Below, in pieces: positions 46,400 to 56,948 of a DNA stretch of 64,000 bases. A program made the position numbers and the translations under genes. Source of the DNA: Thermoanaerobaculia bacterium (GTDB lineage: Bacteria; Acidobacteriota; Thermoanaerobaculia; UBA5066; Gp7-AA6); the NCBI GenBank assembly GCA_041483715.1, contig JBGPGG010000002.1, positions 7,703 through 71,702 of the forward strand, read 5' to 3'. Within the stretch, counting starts at the first letter, position 1. Each line of letters starts with the position of its first letter. The notes beneath the pieces are model-generated. The model saw only the letters and a list, made by a program, of their open reading frames with translations, ran no database searches and had not been told where the DNA came from.

Positions 46400-47800
46400 T
46401 TATCCCCTCTTCCACCTCGTGCCCGCAGGCCCGTCCTCGAGCACGATCCCCTTCGCGGCGAGCTCGTTGCGGATCCGGTCGGATTCCGCAAAATCCTTGC
46501 GCTTGCGGGCGGCCAGGCGCGCGGTGATCTGGGCCTCGACCTCGGCAGGAAGGACCTCTGCGCCCGCGGGCAGCAGGCCGAGGACTCCGTCGGCACTGCG
46601 CAGGATGGCTCCGGCGATCGCGGCGCCTTCGGCGTCGAGCGTCCCTTCGTCGATGGCGGCATTCAGCTCCCGCAGGTACGGAAAGAGAGCGCCGAGCGCC
46701 TCCGATGTGTTCAGGTCGTCGTCCATCGCGGCCATGAAATCGAGGGCGAACTTCTCCGCGCGCGCCGCCGCGGGAAACGCACCCGGCTTCTTCGCATCGC
46801 CCGAGGCGACCTCGTCGATGCGCGCCGCCGCCGATCGCACCCGATCGACCGCGGCCGCCGCCCCGGCGAGCGCGTCGAACGTGAAATTGAGCTTGCGCCG
46901 GAAGGGCACCGAGAGGAGCAGGTAGCGCATGGCCATCGGATCGTTGCGGCGGGCGAGCACGTCCTCGAGCGTGAAGAAGTTGCCCTTCGACTTGGCCATC
47001 TTCTCGCCGTCCACGATCAGGTGCTCGGCGTGGAGCCAGACGTCGACGAACCGCTCCCCGGTCGCGGCCTCGCTCTGCGCGATCTCGTTCTCGTGGTGCG
47101 GAAAGATGTTGTCGACCGCGCCCGTGTGGATGTCGAAGTGCGCGCCGAGGTACTTCATGCTCATCGCCGAGCACTCGATGTGCCAGCCGGGACGACCCGG
47201 CCCCCAGGGCGAAGGCCACGACGGTTCCCCGGGCTTCGCCGCTTTCCAGAGGGCGAAGTCCTTGACGTCCTCCTTCTCGTACTCGTCGTCGGCCACGCGG
47301 TCCCCGCGGCGGGCCTGCGTCAGGTCGATGCCGGAGAGCTTCCCGTAGTTCGGAAAGGTCGTGATGCGGAAGTAGACCGAGCCCTCGGTCTCGTAGGCGT
47401 GGCCGCGCTCGAGCAGCTTCGTCGTGATCTCCTGCATCTCGGCGACGTGGTCGGTGGCGCGCGGATACCCCTCTGCCCGCTGGATCCCGAGCCGATCGAT
47501 GTCGCGAAAAAAGAGTTCCGCGTATTTCGACGTGAAATCGCGCAGCGACATCTGCGCCTGCGCTGCGCCGCGGATCGTCTTGTCGTCGACGTCGGTCACG
47601 TTCATGATCTGCGTGACCCGCCAACCCTTCGCCAGGAGATGACGCCGCAGGACGTCCTCCCAGAGGAAGGTGCGGAGGTTCCCGATGTGCACCACGTTGT
47701 AGACCGTGGGGCCGCACGTGTACAACCGCACGTGCCCCGCTTCGCGGGGAGCGAAGTCCTCGAGCCGGCGGCCGAGCGTGTTGAAAACTCTGAGCGTCAC
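46400..47800 (-). CDS. cysS: Cysteinyl-tRNA synthetase
   Basis: The GTG start overlaps the def stop (GTGA). CGPTVYNVVHIGN (HIGH) and KMAKSKGN (KMSKS) are present. Confidence 0.95.
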   Translation of the reverse strand: MTLRVFNTLGRRLEDFAPREAGHVRLYTCGPTVYNVVHIGNLRTFLWEDVLRRHLLAKGWRVTQIMNVTDVDDKTIRGAAQAQMSLRDFTSKYAELFFRDIDRLGIQRAEGYPRATDHVAEMQEITTKLLERGHAYETEGSVYFRITTFPNYGKLSGIDLTQARRGDRVADDEYEKEDVKDFALWKAAKPGEPSWPSPWGPGRPGWHIECSAMSMKYLGAHFDIHTGAVDNIFPHHENEIAQSEAATGERFVDVWLHAEHLIVDGEKMAKSKGNFFTLEDVLARRNDPMAMRYLLLSVPFRRKLNFTFDALAGAAAAVDRVRSAAARIDEVASGDAKKPGAFPAAARAEKFALDFMAAMDDDLNTSEALGALFPYLRELNAAIDEGTLDAEGAAIAGAILRSADGVLGLLPAGAEVLPAEVEAQITARLAARKRKDFAESDRIRNELAAKGIVLEDGPAGTRWKRG

Positions 47801-48306
47801 CAGATCCCCTTTTCCTTCTGACGGCGGACCTTTCGCCAGGTCAGCTCGCGCTTCAAGCCCCGGAGCCGGTCCACGAAGAGCATGCCGTTCAAATGGTCGG
47901 TCTCGTGACACAGCGCCCGGGCGAGCAACCCCGTCCCCTCGATCTCCCGGACCGCGCCGGAAGCGTCGCCCGCCCGGACGCGGACCCGCGCGGGGCGCAC
48001 GACCTTTTCGGCGAGGTCGGGGACCGAAAGGCAACCCTCCTCCTCCTTCTGCTCCCCGGAGGCCTCGAGGAGGATCGGGTTGACGAGGACGATCACGCTG
48101 TTCGGGTCCGCGCCGACGGAGAGGTCGATGATCGCGACGCGCTGGTTGACGCCGATCTGCGGGGCGGCCAGGCCGACTCCCGGCGCGGCGTGACACGTCT
48201 CGACCATGTCCGCCACGAGGCCCGCGAGGTCCTCGCTGGAAAGCTCGACTTCCGCGTTCTCGGCGAGCAGCCGGGGGTCGCCAAACCGCACGATGTCGTG
48301 GATCAA
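47797..48306 (-). CDS. def: Peptide deformylase
   Basis: GVGLAAPQIG, EGCLSVP and HETDHLNG. The putative TTG start gives (M)IHDIVRFGDPRL. Confidence 0.85.
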   Translation of the reverse strand: MIHDIVRFGDPRLLAENAEVELSSEDLAGLVADMVETCHAAPGVGLAAPQIGVNQRVAIIDLSVGADPNSVIVLVNPILLEASGEQKEEEGCLSVPDLAEKVVRPARVRVRAGDASGAVREIEGTGLLARALCHETDHLNGMLFVDRLRGLKRELTWRKVRRQKEKGIW

Positions 48307-48496
48307 GAGCGCTCCGCTCCGCGCTGGAAGCCCGGGCCGGCAACCGGCGGCATGTCCTCGGCACTCCAAGTCCTGTCTCCCGCGCGTGACAGGAGCCGAC
48401 TCGCTCCCCTTCGGGCCTCGACCATAAGTCCTTGATTTAGAGCATATTCTTCCGCGCCGGGCAAGGCGGCGGGGTGGCACGCGGCTCGCTCTCTGC

Positions 48497-50665
48497 ATGA
48501 GCGGGGAGACATCGATGAACGCGAACCGAATCGGCTATCTGGCGGTGCTGGTCGGCCTGGAGGCTTCGGCCGCTCTCGGGCAGACGGAGCGCCGGAGCGC
48601 CTACTCGTACGTGCGCGAGGCCTCCGGCAACGTGACGGTCATCTCCGGGCTCAACGGCTCGGTCGAGGCCCGGCGCAACCTGCCGATCTCCCCCGGAGAC
48701 GAGGTCCGCACGGACGATCCGGGGCGCGCCGAGATCGCGCTGGCCGACGGCAACGTCCTGCATGTGGGCGGCGGCACGGCCGTCCAGTTCGTTTCGCTTT
48801 ACGGGCAGCAGGGATCCGACGACGAGGTCTCGGCCCTCTCGCTCAAGGAGGGCTCGGTCCTGCTCTCGGTAATCGGCTCCGACGAGAAGGCCGTGCCCCG
48901 CATCGACACCCAAGACGTCGCCGTCTACACGAACCCCGGCGCGCGCGTGCGCGTCAACGCGGATCCGCGCCGCGGCACCGCAGTCGTCGTACGCGCCGGC
49001 TCGGTCGAAGTGCGCACGCAGGCCGGCTCCTACACCGTGCGCGCGGGTAACTACCTGCTCGCCCACGGCGAGGAAGAGCCCGAGATAGCGCGCGGCAGTT
49101 TTTCGCGCGACCGCTTCGACAGCTGGGCGGCCGATCGCCTCCAAGCCACCTACGATTCGCCGCGCAACGCGTCGAGCCAGTACGTGGGCGAGGACTACGC
49201 GAGCGATGTGGCGTCGCTCGACGGCCACGGCAACTGGGACTACAACTCGAGCTATTCGACCTACGTCTGGCGCCCGACGGTGGCGGCCGGCTGGACCCCC
49301 TACTCGAACGGCTCCTGGTACTACACGCCCGCCGGCCTGACCTGGTGGTCGTTGGATTCGTGGGGCTGGTACCCGTTCCACTACGGCAACTGGTTCTTCG
49401 ACACCGGCTGGAACAACTGGTGCTGGGCGCCCGGCAACGTCTACTCGCCCGCCTGGGTCTACTGGGGCTACACGCCCTCGTACGTCGGCTGGTGCCCGTT
49501 GGGATGGTACGGCGGATTCTCCCCCTGGTGGAACAACTACTACCGCAACACCTCGTATCCGCGCTCCTCGCTCGCCTTCGCCATCAACGGAAACTTCTCC
49601 ACCCGCCGGGTGGACCTCCGCGGCTGGAACTTCACCGGCGCCTCGGGCTTTGGCGCCACCCGCGGACGTATCGACGTCGTCCCCGGCACACGGGTCGTGG
49701 ATCGCCTCGGGGGACAGCTGGCGATCTCTTCGCGGCCGATCGTCGTCACCGCCCGAACGGGAGTGGGCGTGCGCGACTCGCTGCGCGACTACGTTCGGGA
49801 GGCTCCCCGCGTCATCGAGCGCACCGCCGGACGCGACGCGCAGCGCCTCGAGCCGGTGCTCGCCCGGGACCGGGAATTGCCCCGTGAGACCGTCGAAGCC
49901 CTGCGCGGGCGCACGGTCGTCGCCGAGCGCGGCCGCCTGAGCGGTCCCGGCGCGATGGACCTCGCGCCGCGCGGAGCGACCATGATGACAACAGCAGAGC
50001 GCGGCCGCGGTGCCGTCCAGATCGAAAGCACGAAGAGAATCCAGACGGACCGGACGACCGGCCGCACGGTACTCCGCGATGGAGGCCGCGCCCCGGCGGC
50101 GCCACCGTCCTCCGATCGCACCGCACGCCCCGAGTCGCGCCACATGGACACGCGCAGCGAGCCGACCGAGTCCTGGCGAGGGCGCTCGAACGTCGAGCAA
50201 CCCGGCCGCTCCACGGCAGAGGCGCCCCGTCGAGAGACCGGAGCGCCCGCATCCGAGCCGTGGCGCGGGAATCCGCGCGCGACCCAGCCCCAGGCGGGCG
50301 CGCCGCCGGCCACCCACAGGTTCGAGTCCGATCAGAGGCCGGTCGAGGATTGGCGATCCCGCGGACAGGTTCCCCCGGCGCGCCGCGTCATCGAGGGCGC
50401 GGTGCCCGGCCGCCGGAGCCCCGAGACGGGCAACGCTGCGCCCCCGCGCTCGAACGAGTTCGTTCCCCGCGAGGCTCCCTCGGCGCCGCGCGGCGCCGCG
50501 CCACGCCCGATCGAGCGCGCCCCGGCGCCCGTGCAGCCCGCCCCGCGGCCGCAGCCGCAGGCGGCGCCTCCGCCGTCGCACTCCGCGCCGCCACCCTCCC
50601 ACTCGGCGCCACCTCCCCCGCGCCCCGCGCCGGCGTCCAACCCGGGCCGGCCGGGCCGCCCCTGA
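48497..50665 (+). CDS. Secreted FecR-like / Trp-Tyr-rich repeat protein with Pro-rich tail
   Basis: Signal-like N-terminus, then a FecR-like beta region. A W/Y-rich block (WTPYSNGSWYYTPAGLTWWS...WGWYPFHYGNWFF) follows. The tail is low-complexity PPPSHSAPPPSHSAPPPP. Confidence 0.7.
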   Translation: MSGETSMNANRIGYLAVLVGLEASAALGQTERRSAYSYVREASGNVTVISGLNGSVEARRNLPISPGDEVRTDDPGRAEIALADGNVLHVGGGTAVQFVSLYGQQGSDDEVSALSLKEGSVLLSVIGSDEKAVPRIDTQDVAVYTNPGARVRVNADPRRGTAVVVRAGSVEVRTQAGSYTVRAGNYLLAHGEEEPEIARGSFSRDRFDSWAADRLQATYDSPRNASSQYVGEDYASDVASLDGHGNWDYNSSYSTYVWRPTVAAGWTPYSNGSWYYTPAGLTWWSLDSWGWYPFHYGNWFFDTGWNNWCWAPGNVYSPAWVYWGYTPSYVGWCPLGWYGGFSPWWNNYYRNTSYPRSSLAFAINGNFSTRRVDLRGWNFTGASGFGATRGRIDVVPGTRVVDRLGGQLAISSRPIVVTARTGVGVRDSLRDYVREAPRVIERTAGRDAQRLEPVLARDRELPRETVEALRGRTVVAERGRLSGPGAMDLAPRGATMMTTAERGRGAVQIESTKRIQTDRTTGRTVLRDGGRAPAAPPSSDRTARPESRHMDTRSEPTESWRGRSNVEQPGRSTAEAPRRETGAPASEPWRGNPRATQPQAGAPPATHRFESDQRPVEDWRSRGQVPPARRVIEGAVPGRRSPETGNAAPPRSNEFVPREAPSAPRGAAPRPIERAPAPVQPAPRPQPQAAPPPSHSAPPPSHSAPPPPRPAPASNPGRPGRP

Positions 50666-50699
50666 AACAAGCTCTTCTCTGAGGTTTCCTCCTCTTTTC

Positions 50700-50727
50700 A
50701 CCGCGCCTTCGGGCGCGGTTTTTTTTC
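50700..50727 (+). terminator. Rho-independent terminator
   Basis: ACCGCGCC-TTCG-GGCGCGGT followed by TTTTTTT. Confidence 0.8.
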
Positions 50728-50802
50728 GCCGCCCGAAGGCCCTGGCTGTTTGCCGTCCTCGCGACGAACGCGAGACCGAGTCCGGGCTAGAATCGCCGGC
50801 AG

Positions 50803-51048
50803 GTGCGCCGCGTCTTGTCATTGCTGGCCAGTGCCGTCTTCGTCTTCTACTGCACGGCGGTGGGGGTTTATCTCGTCCTGCGCCCGTGGACGGGCTCCGC
50901 GTCGGTCCCGGGATTTCTCGGCTCGGGGTTCTTCCGAGGCTTCGTGTCGGGTCTCGGCCTCGTCCACCTGGCGGCGGGCATCGCGGACCTTCGCAACCTC
51001 ACGCAGGGCCTCGAGGGCGCCCGGCAGGACAGCGTGAAGAGCGAATGA
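50803..51048 (+). CDS. Hypothetical small membrane protein
   Basis: 81 aa with two hydrophobic segments. Its stop overlaps the thiE ATG (ATGA). Confidence 0.45.
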   Translation: MRRVLSLLASAVFVFYCTAVGVYLVLRPWTGSASVPGFLGSGFFRGFVSGLGLVHLAAGIADLRNLTQGLEGARQDSVKSE

Positions 51049-51656
51049 AGTCGCTCTACGTCACGGACCGCGGCGCGATCGGAGACGAACGTTTCGCGCG
51101 AGTCCTCGAACGGCTCGCCGGGGCGCCGCAGCTCTCCGTCGAGCTTCGCGAGACGTCGGGGACCGACCGCGAGAAGCTCGGCCTGGCCCGCGCAGTGCGC
51201 GAGCAACTGGGCCCGGGCGTCCCGATTTACGTTCACCGCCGTTTCGACGTCGCCCTCGCTGCCGGAGCCGCAGGCGTACATCTGCCCGCGAACGGGCTTC
51301 CGCTCTCTCGCGTGCGCACCCATACGCCGCGCGGCTTTCGCGTCGGGCTCTCGACCCACTCGCCCCGCGAGGCCGGGGAGGCGATTGCGGCCGGCGCCGA
51401 CCTCGTCGTCCTCGGGCCGATCTTCGACACGCCGTCCAAGCGCGCCTTCGGCGCTCCCCTCGGGCCCGCGAGCCTCGCCGCGCTCCCGCCGGCCGAATCG
51501 CACGGCTGCGAGGTCTACGCCATCGGGGGCATCTCGCAAGAGCGGCTCCCGGAGCTCTATCCGTACCGGGACAGGATTTCCGGAGTCGCCGCGATCCGAC
51601 TCTTCCAGGAGTGCGCGGACCCCCGCGCGGTGGCGGAGAGGATCGCCGCCCGATGA
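51045..51656 (+). CDS. thiE: Thiamine-phosphate synthase
   Basis: Starts MKSLYVTD. GVHL, VGLSTHS and IGGI are present. Confidence 0.85.
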   Translation: MKSLYVTDRGAIGDERFARVLERLAGAPQLSVELRETSGTDREKLGLARAVREQLGPGVPIYVHRRFDVALAAGAAGVHLPANGLPLSRVRTHTPRGFRVGLSTHSPREAGEAIAAGADLVVLGPIFDTPSKRAFGAPLGPASLAALPPAESHGCEVYAIGGISQERLPELYPYRDRISGVAAIRLFQECADPRAVAERIAAR

Positions 51657-53086
51657 GCGCTCCCGCATCCCGCGTGCTCGAGGCCGCGCGCCGCCTCCTG
51701 CCCGCGCTGCTCCTCTTCGCCGTCGTCGCAGGCCTCGTCACGATCCTGGCGCGCGCGGGCCTCCCTCTGACCGACTCCCGATCGGCGAGGGACTACGGAA
51801 CATTTGCCGTGGGACTCGCAGCGGCGTTTCTGGCCACGCGCGTACTGGACTTCGTCCTCTTCGACGTCGGATTCCGGCTTCGGCGCGGCGCTCCGGCGCC
51901 GGAGCTCTTGCGGCAGCTCGTCAGCCTCCTCGTCTTCGGCGTCCTGCTCGGCATCCTCTTCAAGCTCGTCCTGTCCGTCAGCCTTCCCGCGCTGCTCACG
52001 ACGTCCGCGATCATCACGGCCGTCATCGGCCTCGCGCTCCAGGAGACCCTCGGCAATCTCTTCTCGGGCATCGCGCTCGCCATGGAGCGCACGGTCCAGG
52101 TCGGCGACATGATCCGCGCGGGCGGGACGATCGGCCTGGTCGAGCAGCTCTCCTGGCGGGCGATCAAGGTGCGCACGATGGAAGGCAACTCGCTCCTGAT
52201 TCCCAACAGCATGGCCAGCCGCGACCGGCTCGATGTCTTCCGCCGCGGCAGGGTCCCGATGGCGCGAACGATGACGGTCGGGCTCGAGTACGATCTGCCC
52301 CCCGCGCGCGCGCGCGCCGCGCTCGAGGCCGCCGCCCGGGACGTCCCGGGCGTCGCGGCCCTGCCCGCGCCGGCGTCCTACCTCCTCCGGTTTCACGACT
52401 TCGCCGTCGAATACGAGCTGCGTTACTGGCTCGAGGACTACGCGCAATACCTCGAGATCGACTCCCGCGTGCGCGAGCGCGCCTGGTACCGGCTGGAGCG
52501 GGAAGGCATTCCGATCGCGTACCCGCTCATCCGGCAGCGGCAATGGATCATGGGGGCTCTTCCGGGCCCGAATGCGGCCGGCACCGTCCTCGCCGCGATC
52601 GAGGCGAGCGCGCTCTTTGCTCCTCTTTCCGCGGGCGAGCGTCTCACGCTGGCCGGCGGCGCTCGGCTCGTGCGCTTCGGCGATGGCGAAACGGTCGTCC
52701 GCGAGGGCGATACGGGTTCGTCCATGTTCCTGATCGCCGCCGGCCGGGCCGGGGTCTCGGTCCGTGGCGACGTCGGGGCGAGCCGGAAGGTTGCCGTTCT
52801 CGACGCCGGGGCCTCGTTCGGCGAGATCAGCCTCTTGACCGGAGAGCCGCGCCTGGCGACCGTGTGCGCGATGACGGAAGCCACTCTCGTGGAGATCGAC
52901 AAGGCCACGCTCGCGCCCGTGCTCGTCGCGAACCCGTCGCTCGTCGAAAAGCTCGACGCGGTGATCCTCGAGCGCCGCCGCGACACGGCCGATCAGCTGG
53001 TCGTCGGGCGCGATGGGCTCGCGGCAGAAGAGCCCGAGTCGCTGCGGGGCAGGATTGCCCGCTTTTTCGGCCTGATGGGCCTCTGA
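51653..53086 (+). CDS. MscS-family mechanosensitive channel with C-terminal cyclic-nucleotide-binding domain
   Basis: GNLFSGIALAMERTVQVGD and NSLLIPNS are present. The C-terminus has REGDTGSSMFLI...FGEISLLTGEPRLATV. Confidence 0.85.
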   Translation: MSAPASRVLEAARRLLPALLLFAVVAGLVTILARAGLPLTDSRSARDYGTFAVGLAAAFLATRVLDFVLFDVGFRLRRGAPAPELLRQLVSLLVFGVLLGILFKLVLSVSLPALLTTSAIITAVIGLALQETLGNLFSGIALAMERTVQVGDMIRAGGTIGLVEQLSWRAIKVRTMEGNSLLIPNSMASRDRLDVFRRGRVPMARTMTVGLEYDLPPARARAALEAAARDVPGVAALPAPASYLLRFHDFAVEYELRYWLEDYAQYLEIDSRVRERAWYRLEREGIPIAYPLIRQRQWIMGALPGPNAAGTVLAAIEASALFAPLSAGERLTLAGGARLVRFGDGETVVREGDTGSSMFLIAAGRAGVSVRGDVGASRKVAVLDAGASFGEISLLTGEPRLATVCAMTEATLVEIDKATLAPVLVANPSLVEKLDAVILERRRDTADQLVVGRDGLAAEEPESLRGRIARFFGLMGL

Positions 53087-53517
53087 TGGCCGAGGCGCCC
53101 GGTGTCGGCCTGCTCCTCGGCCTCGACCTGACCGAAGTCGACCGGGTCGCCGGCGTTCTCGAGCGCCACGGCGAGCGGTTCCTCGCCCGCATCTTCCGGC
53201 CGGGCGAAATTCGCCGTGCCCGCCGCCATCCCCGCGCTTTCGCGGAGCACGTTGCCGGCCGGTTCGCGGCAAAGGAGGCGGCCATGAAGGCGCTCGGCCT
53301 CGGCTGGCGCGGCCTTGCCTTCCGGGACATCGAGGTCGGCCGCGACGCGCACGGAAAGCCGCTGATCGCCTTTCACGGCAGGGCGCTCGAGCGCTCCCGC
53401 GCCCTCGACGTCCTCTCGGCCGAAGTCACGATCACGCACGGGCGCGACATCGCGGCGGCCGTCGTCGCCCTCCTGACGAGGAGGCCGGCAGACCCGGCTC
53501 CGATTTCCATAAGCTAA
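53086..53517 (+). CDS. acpS: Holo-ACP synthase
   Basis: GLDLTEV, the FAAKEAAMKALG region and ITHGRDIAAA. Confidence 0.85.
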   Translation: MAEAPGVGLLLGLDLTEVDRVAGVLERHGERFLARIFRPGEIRRARRHPRAFAEHVAGRFAAKEAAMKALGLGWRGLAFRDIEVGRDAHGKPLIAFHGRALERSRALDVLSAEVTITHGRDIAAAVVALLTRRPADPAPISIS

Positions 53518-53529
53518 ACTGCCCCGCCA

Positions 53530-56415
53530 ATGAGCGACGCTCCGGATTACAAGGCGACGCTGAACCTTCCGCGGACCGACTTCCCGATGAAGGCAGACCT
53601 CGCGCGGCGCGAGCCCCAACAGCTCGAGGCGTGGGAAAAGATCGGCCTCGAGGCCCGGATCCGCGCGCAGGCGGCCGGACGCCCGCGCTTCGTCATGCAC
53701 GACGGGCCGCCCTACGCCAACGGCCACATCCACATCGGGCACGCGCTCAACAAGATCCTGAAGGACGTCGTCGTGCGCAGCCGCGCGATGATGGGCTTCG
53801 ACGCGCCCTACGTGCCGGGCTGGGACTGCCACGGCCTCCCGATCGAGCAGCAGGTGGACAAGAAACTTGGGCTCAAGAAAAAGGACATGAGCACGGTCGA
53901 GATCCGTCGCGCCTGCCGCGCCTACGCCGAGGAGTTCATCGGCATCCAGCGCGAGGAGTTCCAGCGGCTCGGCGTCGGCGGCCGTTGGGACCATCCCTAC
54001 ACGACCATGAGCTTCTCATACGAGGCCGAGATCGCGCGCGCCTTCGGCGGCCTCTACGGGAAGGGCCTCGTGTACCAGGCGCTCAAGTCCGTGCGTTGGT
54101 GCTTCACGGACCGCACCGCGCTCGCCGAAGCGGAGCTCGAGTACGAGGAGCGCGGCGATCCGGCGATCCACGTCGCGTTTCCCGCGGAGCTGCCGCTCCC
54201 GGAGCTGCCCTCCACGCAAGCGCACTTCCTGATCTGGACGACCACGCCGTGGACGATCCCGTCCAACGTCGCCATCTCCGTGCATCCCGACGAGACCTAT
54301 TCGATCGTCGAGGCGGACGGCCGCCACTTCGTGGTCGCGGAAAAGCTCGCCGCCTCGGTGGCGAAGGCCGCCGGCTGGTCGAACTGGAAGGTCGCGGCCA
54401 CGCTGCCGGGCACGCGGTTGAAGGGCCTGCGGTACCGCCATCCCCTTGCCTCCGCATGCCGGGGTGAGCTCACGGCCGAGGAAGCGGCCGCTTCGTTCCG
54501 CGTCGTGCTCGGCGACCACGTCACGATGGACGCCGGCACCGGCCTCGTCCACACGGCGCCCGGCCACGGCGAGGACGACTTCCTGACGGGCCAGCGCGAG
54601 GGTCTGCCGATCCTCTCGCCTGTCGACGAGGCGGGCCGTTACACGACCGTCGAGAAGTACAGGGGCAAGAAGGTCCTCGATGCCAATCCGGAGATCGTCG
54701 AGGACCTGAAGGCCGCCGGAGCGCTCGTTGGGCTCGACCCGAAGTTCCGCCACGAATACCCCCACTGCTGGCGCTGCAAGAACCCCGTGATCTTCCGCGC
54801 GACAGTGCAGTGGTTCGTGCGCCTCGACGACCCCGCGACGGACGTGCGCCGGGGCGCTCTCGAGGCCATCGCGAAAGTGAACTGGACTCCCTCCTGGGGG
54901 CAGCAGCGCATCGCCGGGATGGTCGAGAACCGGCGCGAATGGGTCATCTCGCGGCAGCGCCGCTGGGGCTCGCCGATCACGCTGCTGTACGCGATGCGCG
55001 ACGGAGAGCGCGCGGGCACCTATCCCTGGGGCGACTCGCAGGCCGAGCAGAAGAAGTTCTTCGAGCATGTCGCCGCGATCTTCCGCAAGGAGGGCGCCGA
55101 CGCGTGGTACGCGCGGCCCGCGGCGGACTTCGTGCCGCCCGGCGCGGACCGGCGCGGCTTCGTGCCCGGCGACTTCCAGGCCGAGACCGACATCATGGAC
55201 GTCTGGTTCGATTCGGGCGTCTCCCACATGGCGGTGCTGCGCTCCGGCGAGTGGCCGGAGCTGGCCCGTCCCGCGGGCGGGCGCCCCGCGAACCTCTACA
55301 TCGAAGGCCACGACCAGCACCGCGGCTGGTTCCAGTCGTCGCTGCTGACCTCCATCGCGCTCTATGGCGATGCGCCCTACGACGGGGTCATCACCCACGG
55401 CTTCGTCGTGGACGGCCAGGGCCGCAAGATGTCGAAGTCGCTCGGCAACGTCGTGGCTCCGCAGGACCTCATCAAGAAGTACGGCGCCGACATCGTGCGC
55501 CTGTGGGTCGCGAGCCTCGACTACCGGGACGACGACCCCATCTCCGAGGAAATCCTCGCGCGCTGCGGCGAGGCGTACCGCAAGGTCCGCAACACGGCGC
55601 GCTACCTGATCTCCAACCTCTACGACTTCGATCCCGCGACCGACGGCGTGCCGGCGTCGCAGCTCGAACCGCTCGACGCCTGGGCGCTCGCACAGGCCCG
55701 CTCCGCGGTCGGGCGCATCCGCGAAGCCTACGAGGCCTACGAGTTCCACGTGATCTACCACCAGCTGGTGAACTTCTGTGCGACGACGCTCTCGGCGTTC
55801 TACTGCGACATCCTCAAGGATCGCCTCTACGCCTCGGCGGCGAAGTCGCGCGAACGCCGTTCGGCGCAGACGGCTCTGTACTGGATCGCGCGCGCGCTGG
55901 CGACCGCCGCGGCTCCGATCCTCGCGTTCACCGCCGAGGAGATCTGGGCGGCCCTGCCCGGAAAGAAGGAAGAATCGGTCCACCTCGCGCGTTTCGAGCC
56001 GCTGGACGAGCTCGGCGGAGGTTCCGTTGCCGCCGCCGCGTGGGAGCGCCTGACGAAGTTGCGAGAAGAGGCCGCCGTGATCCTGGAAGAAGCCCGCAGA
56101 GAGAAAGTGATCGGTTCCTCCCTCGAGGGCGCCATCGCCCTGAGCGGCAGCCCCGGGGAGCTCGAGAACGACCGGGCCGCGACGGGAACCCGCGGGACGG
56201 GCCTCGCCGACCTCTTCATCGTGTCGGAAACCGTCGAGGAGGCCGCCCCGACCGGAGACGGCTGGCGCAAGTCCCAGGCCTATCCCGGAATGCATCTCGC
56301 GTTCCGCAAGGCCCGCGGCCGCCGCTGCGACCGCTGTTGGAAGGTGACGCCCGAGGCCGAGGACCAGGGCCTCTGCAGGCGATGCCGGGCCGTCATCGGC
56401 GGAGCGGTCGCGTGA
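53530..56415 (+). CDS. ileS: Isoleucyl-tRNA synthetase
   Basis: [11 protein letters not shown] (HIGH), KMSKSLGN and the C-terminal CDRCW...CRRC zinc motif. Confidence 0.97.
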   Translation: MSDAPDYKATLNLPRTDFPMKADLARREPQQLEAWEKIGLEARIRAQAAGRPRFVMHDGPPYANGHIHIGHALNKILKDVVVRSRAMMGFDAPYVPGWDCHGLPIEQQVDKKLGLKKKDMSTVEIRRACRAYAEEFIGIQREEFQRLGVGGRWDHPYTTMSFSYEAEIARAFGGLYGKGLVYQALKSVRWCFTDRTALAEAELEYEERGDPAIHVAFPAELPLPELPSTQAHFLIWTTTPWTIPSNVAISVHPDETYSIVEADGRHFVVAEKLAASVAKAAGWSNWKVAATLPGTRLKGLRYRHPLASACRGELTAEEAAASFRVVLGDHVTMDAGTGLVHTAPGHGEDDFLTGQREGLPILSPVDEAGRYTTVEKYRGKKVLDANPEIVEDLKAAGALVGLDPKFRHEYPHCWRCKNPVIFRATVQWFVRLDDPATDVRRGALEAIAKVNWTPSWGQQRIAGMVENRREWVISRQRRWGSPITLLYAMRDGERAGTYPWGDSQAEQKKFFEHVAAIFRKEGADAWYARPAADFVPPGADRRGFVPGDFQAETDIMDVWFDSGVSHMAVLRSGEWPELARPAGGRPANLYIEGHDQHRGWFQSSLLTSIALYGDAPYDGVITHGFVVDGQGRKMSKSLGNVVAPQDLIKKYGADIVRLWVASLDYRDDDPISEEILARCGEAYRKVRNTARYLISNLYDFDPATDGVPASQLEPLDAWALAQARSAVGRIREAYEAYEFHVIYHQLVNFCATTLSAFYCDILKDRLYASAAKSRERRSAQTALYWIARALATAAAPILAFTAEEIWAALPGKKEESVHLARFEPLDELGGGSVAAAAWERLTKLREEAAVILEEARREKVIGSSLEGAIALSGSPGELENDRAATGTRGTGLADLFIVSETVEEAAPTGDGWRKSQAYPGMHLAFRKARGRRCDRCWKVTPEAEDQGLCRRCRAVIGGAVA

Positions 56416-56945
56416 GCGTTTCCCTCCGGGAATCCACGCTCTACCGCGGCGCCTACCTCGCCGTGTCGCTGGCCGTCCTCTTTCTGGACCAGTGGACCAA
56501 GGGGATCATCACGCGCACGCTGGAAGTCCACCAGTCGCGCACCATCCTGAACGACTTCTTCGACCTCACCTACGTCCGCAACACGGGCGCCGCCTTCGGC
56601 TTTTTCGCCTCGGTGGACTCCTCCATGAAGGCCGTGCTCCTGAACAGCGTCGCGGTCGTCGTGTTCCTGATCGTCTCGGCCTACGCCCTGCGCTCCTCGC
56701 ACAAGAGCGTGCGGCTCCAGGTCGGCCTCGCGCTCATCCTGGGCGGCGCCGTCGGCAACCTGCTCGATCGCGTCCGCTTCGGTTACGTCGTCGACTTCCT
56801 CGACTTCGCGGTCTCCGGACATCACTGGCCCGCCTTCAACGTCGCCGACTCGGCGATCTGCATCGGCGTCGGCCTCCTCTTCCTCGACATGCTCCGCAAC
56901 GACGAGCAGTCCGCGCCGCACCCCGACGCGGCCCCAGGGAGATAG
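56412..56945 (+). CDS. lspA: Lipoprotein signal peptidase II
   Basis: GTGA overlap with ile[21 protein letters not shown] and FNVADS are present. Confidence 0.9.
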   Translation: MSVSLRESTLYRGAYLAVSLAVLFLDQWTKGIITRTLEVHQSRTILNDFFDLTYVRNTGAAFGFFASVDSSMKAVLLNSVAVVVFLIVSAYALRSSHKSVRLQVGLALILGGAVGNLLDRVRFGYVVDFLDFAVSGHHWPAFNVADSAICIGVGLLFLDMLRNDEQSAPHPDAAPGR

Positions 56946-56948
56946 GCC

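Noticed and set aside
48437-50821. 794-aa minus-strand ORF
   Set aside because: It is antisense to the FecR-like/WY-rich secreted protein gene. Its composition is low-complexity (R/G/A) and it has no recognisable domain.
50728-51044. TPP riboswitch upstream of thiE
   Set aside because: I found no CUGAGA/ACCUGAUCUGGAUAAUGC-like conserved cores. The space is occupied by a small membrane-protein ORF whose stop overlaps the thiE ATG.
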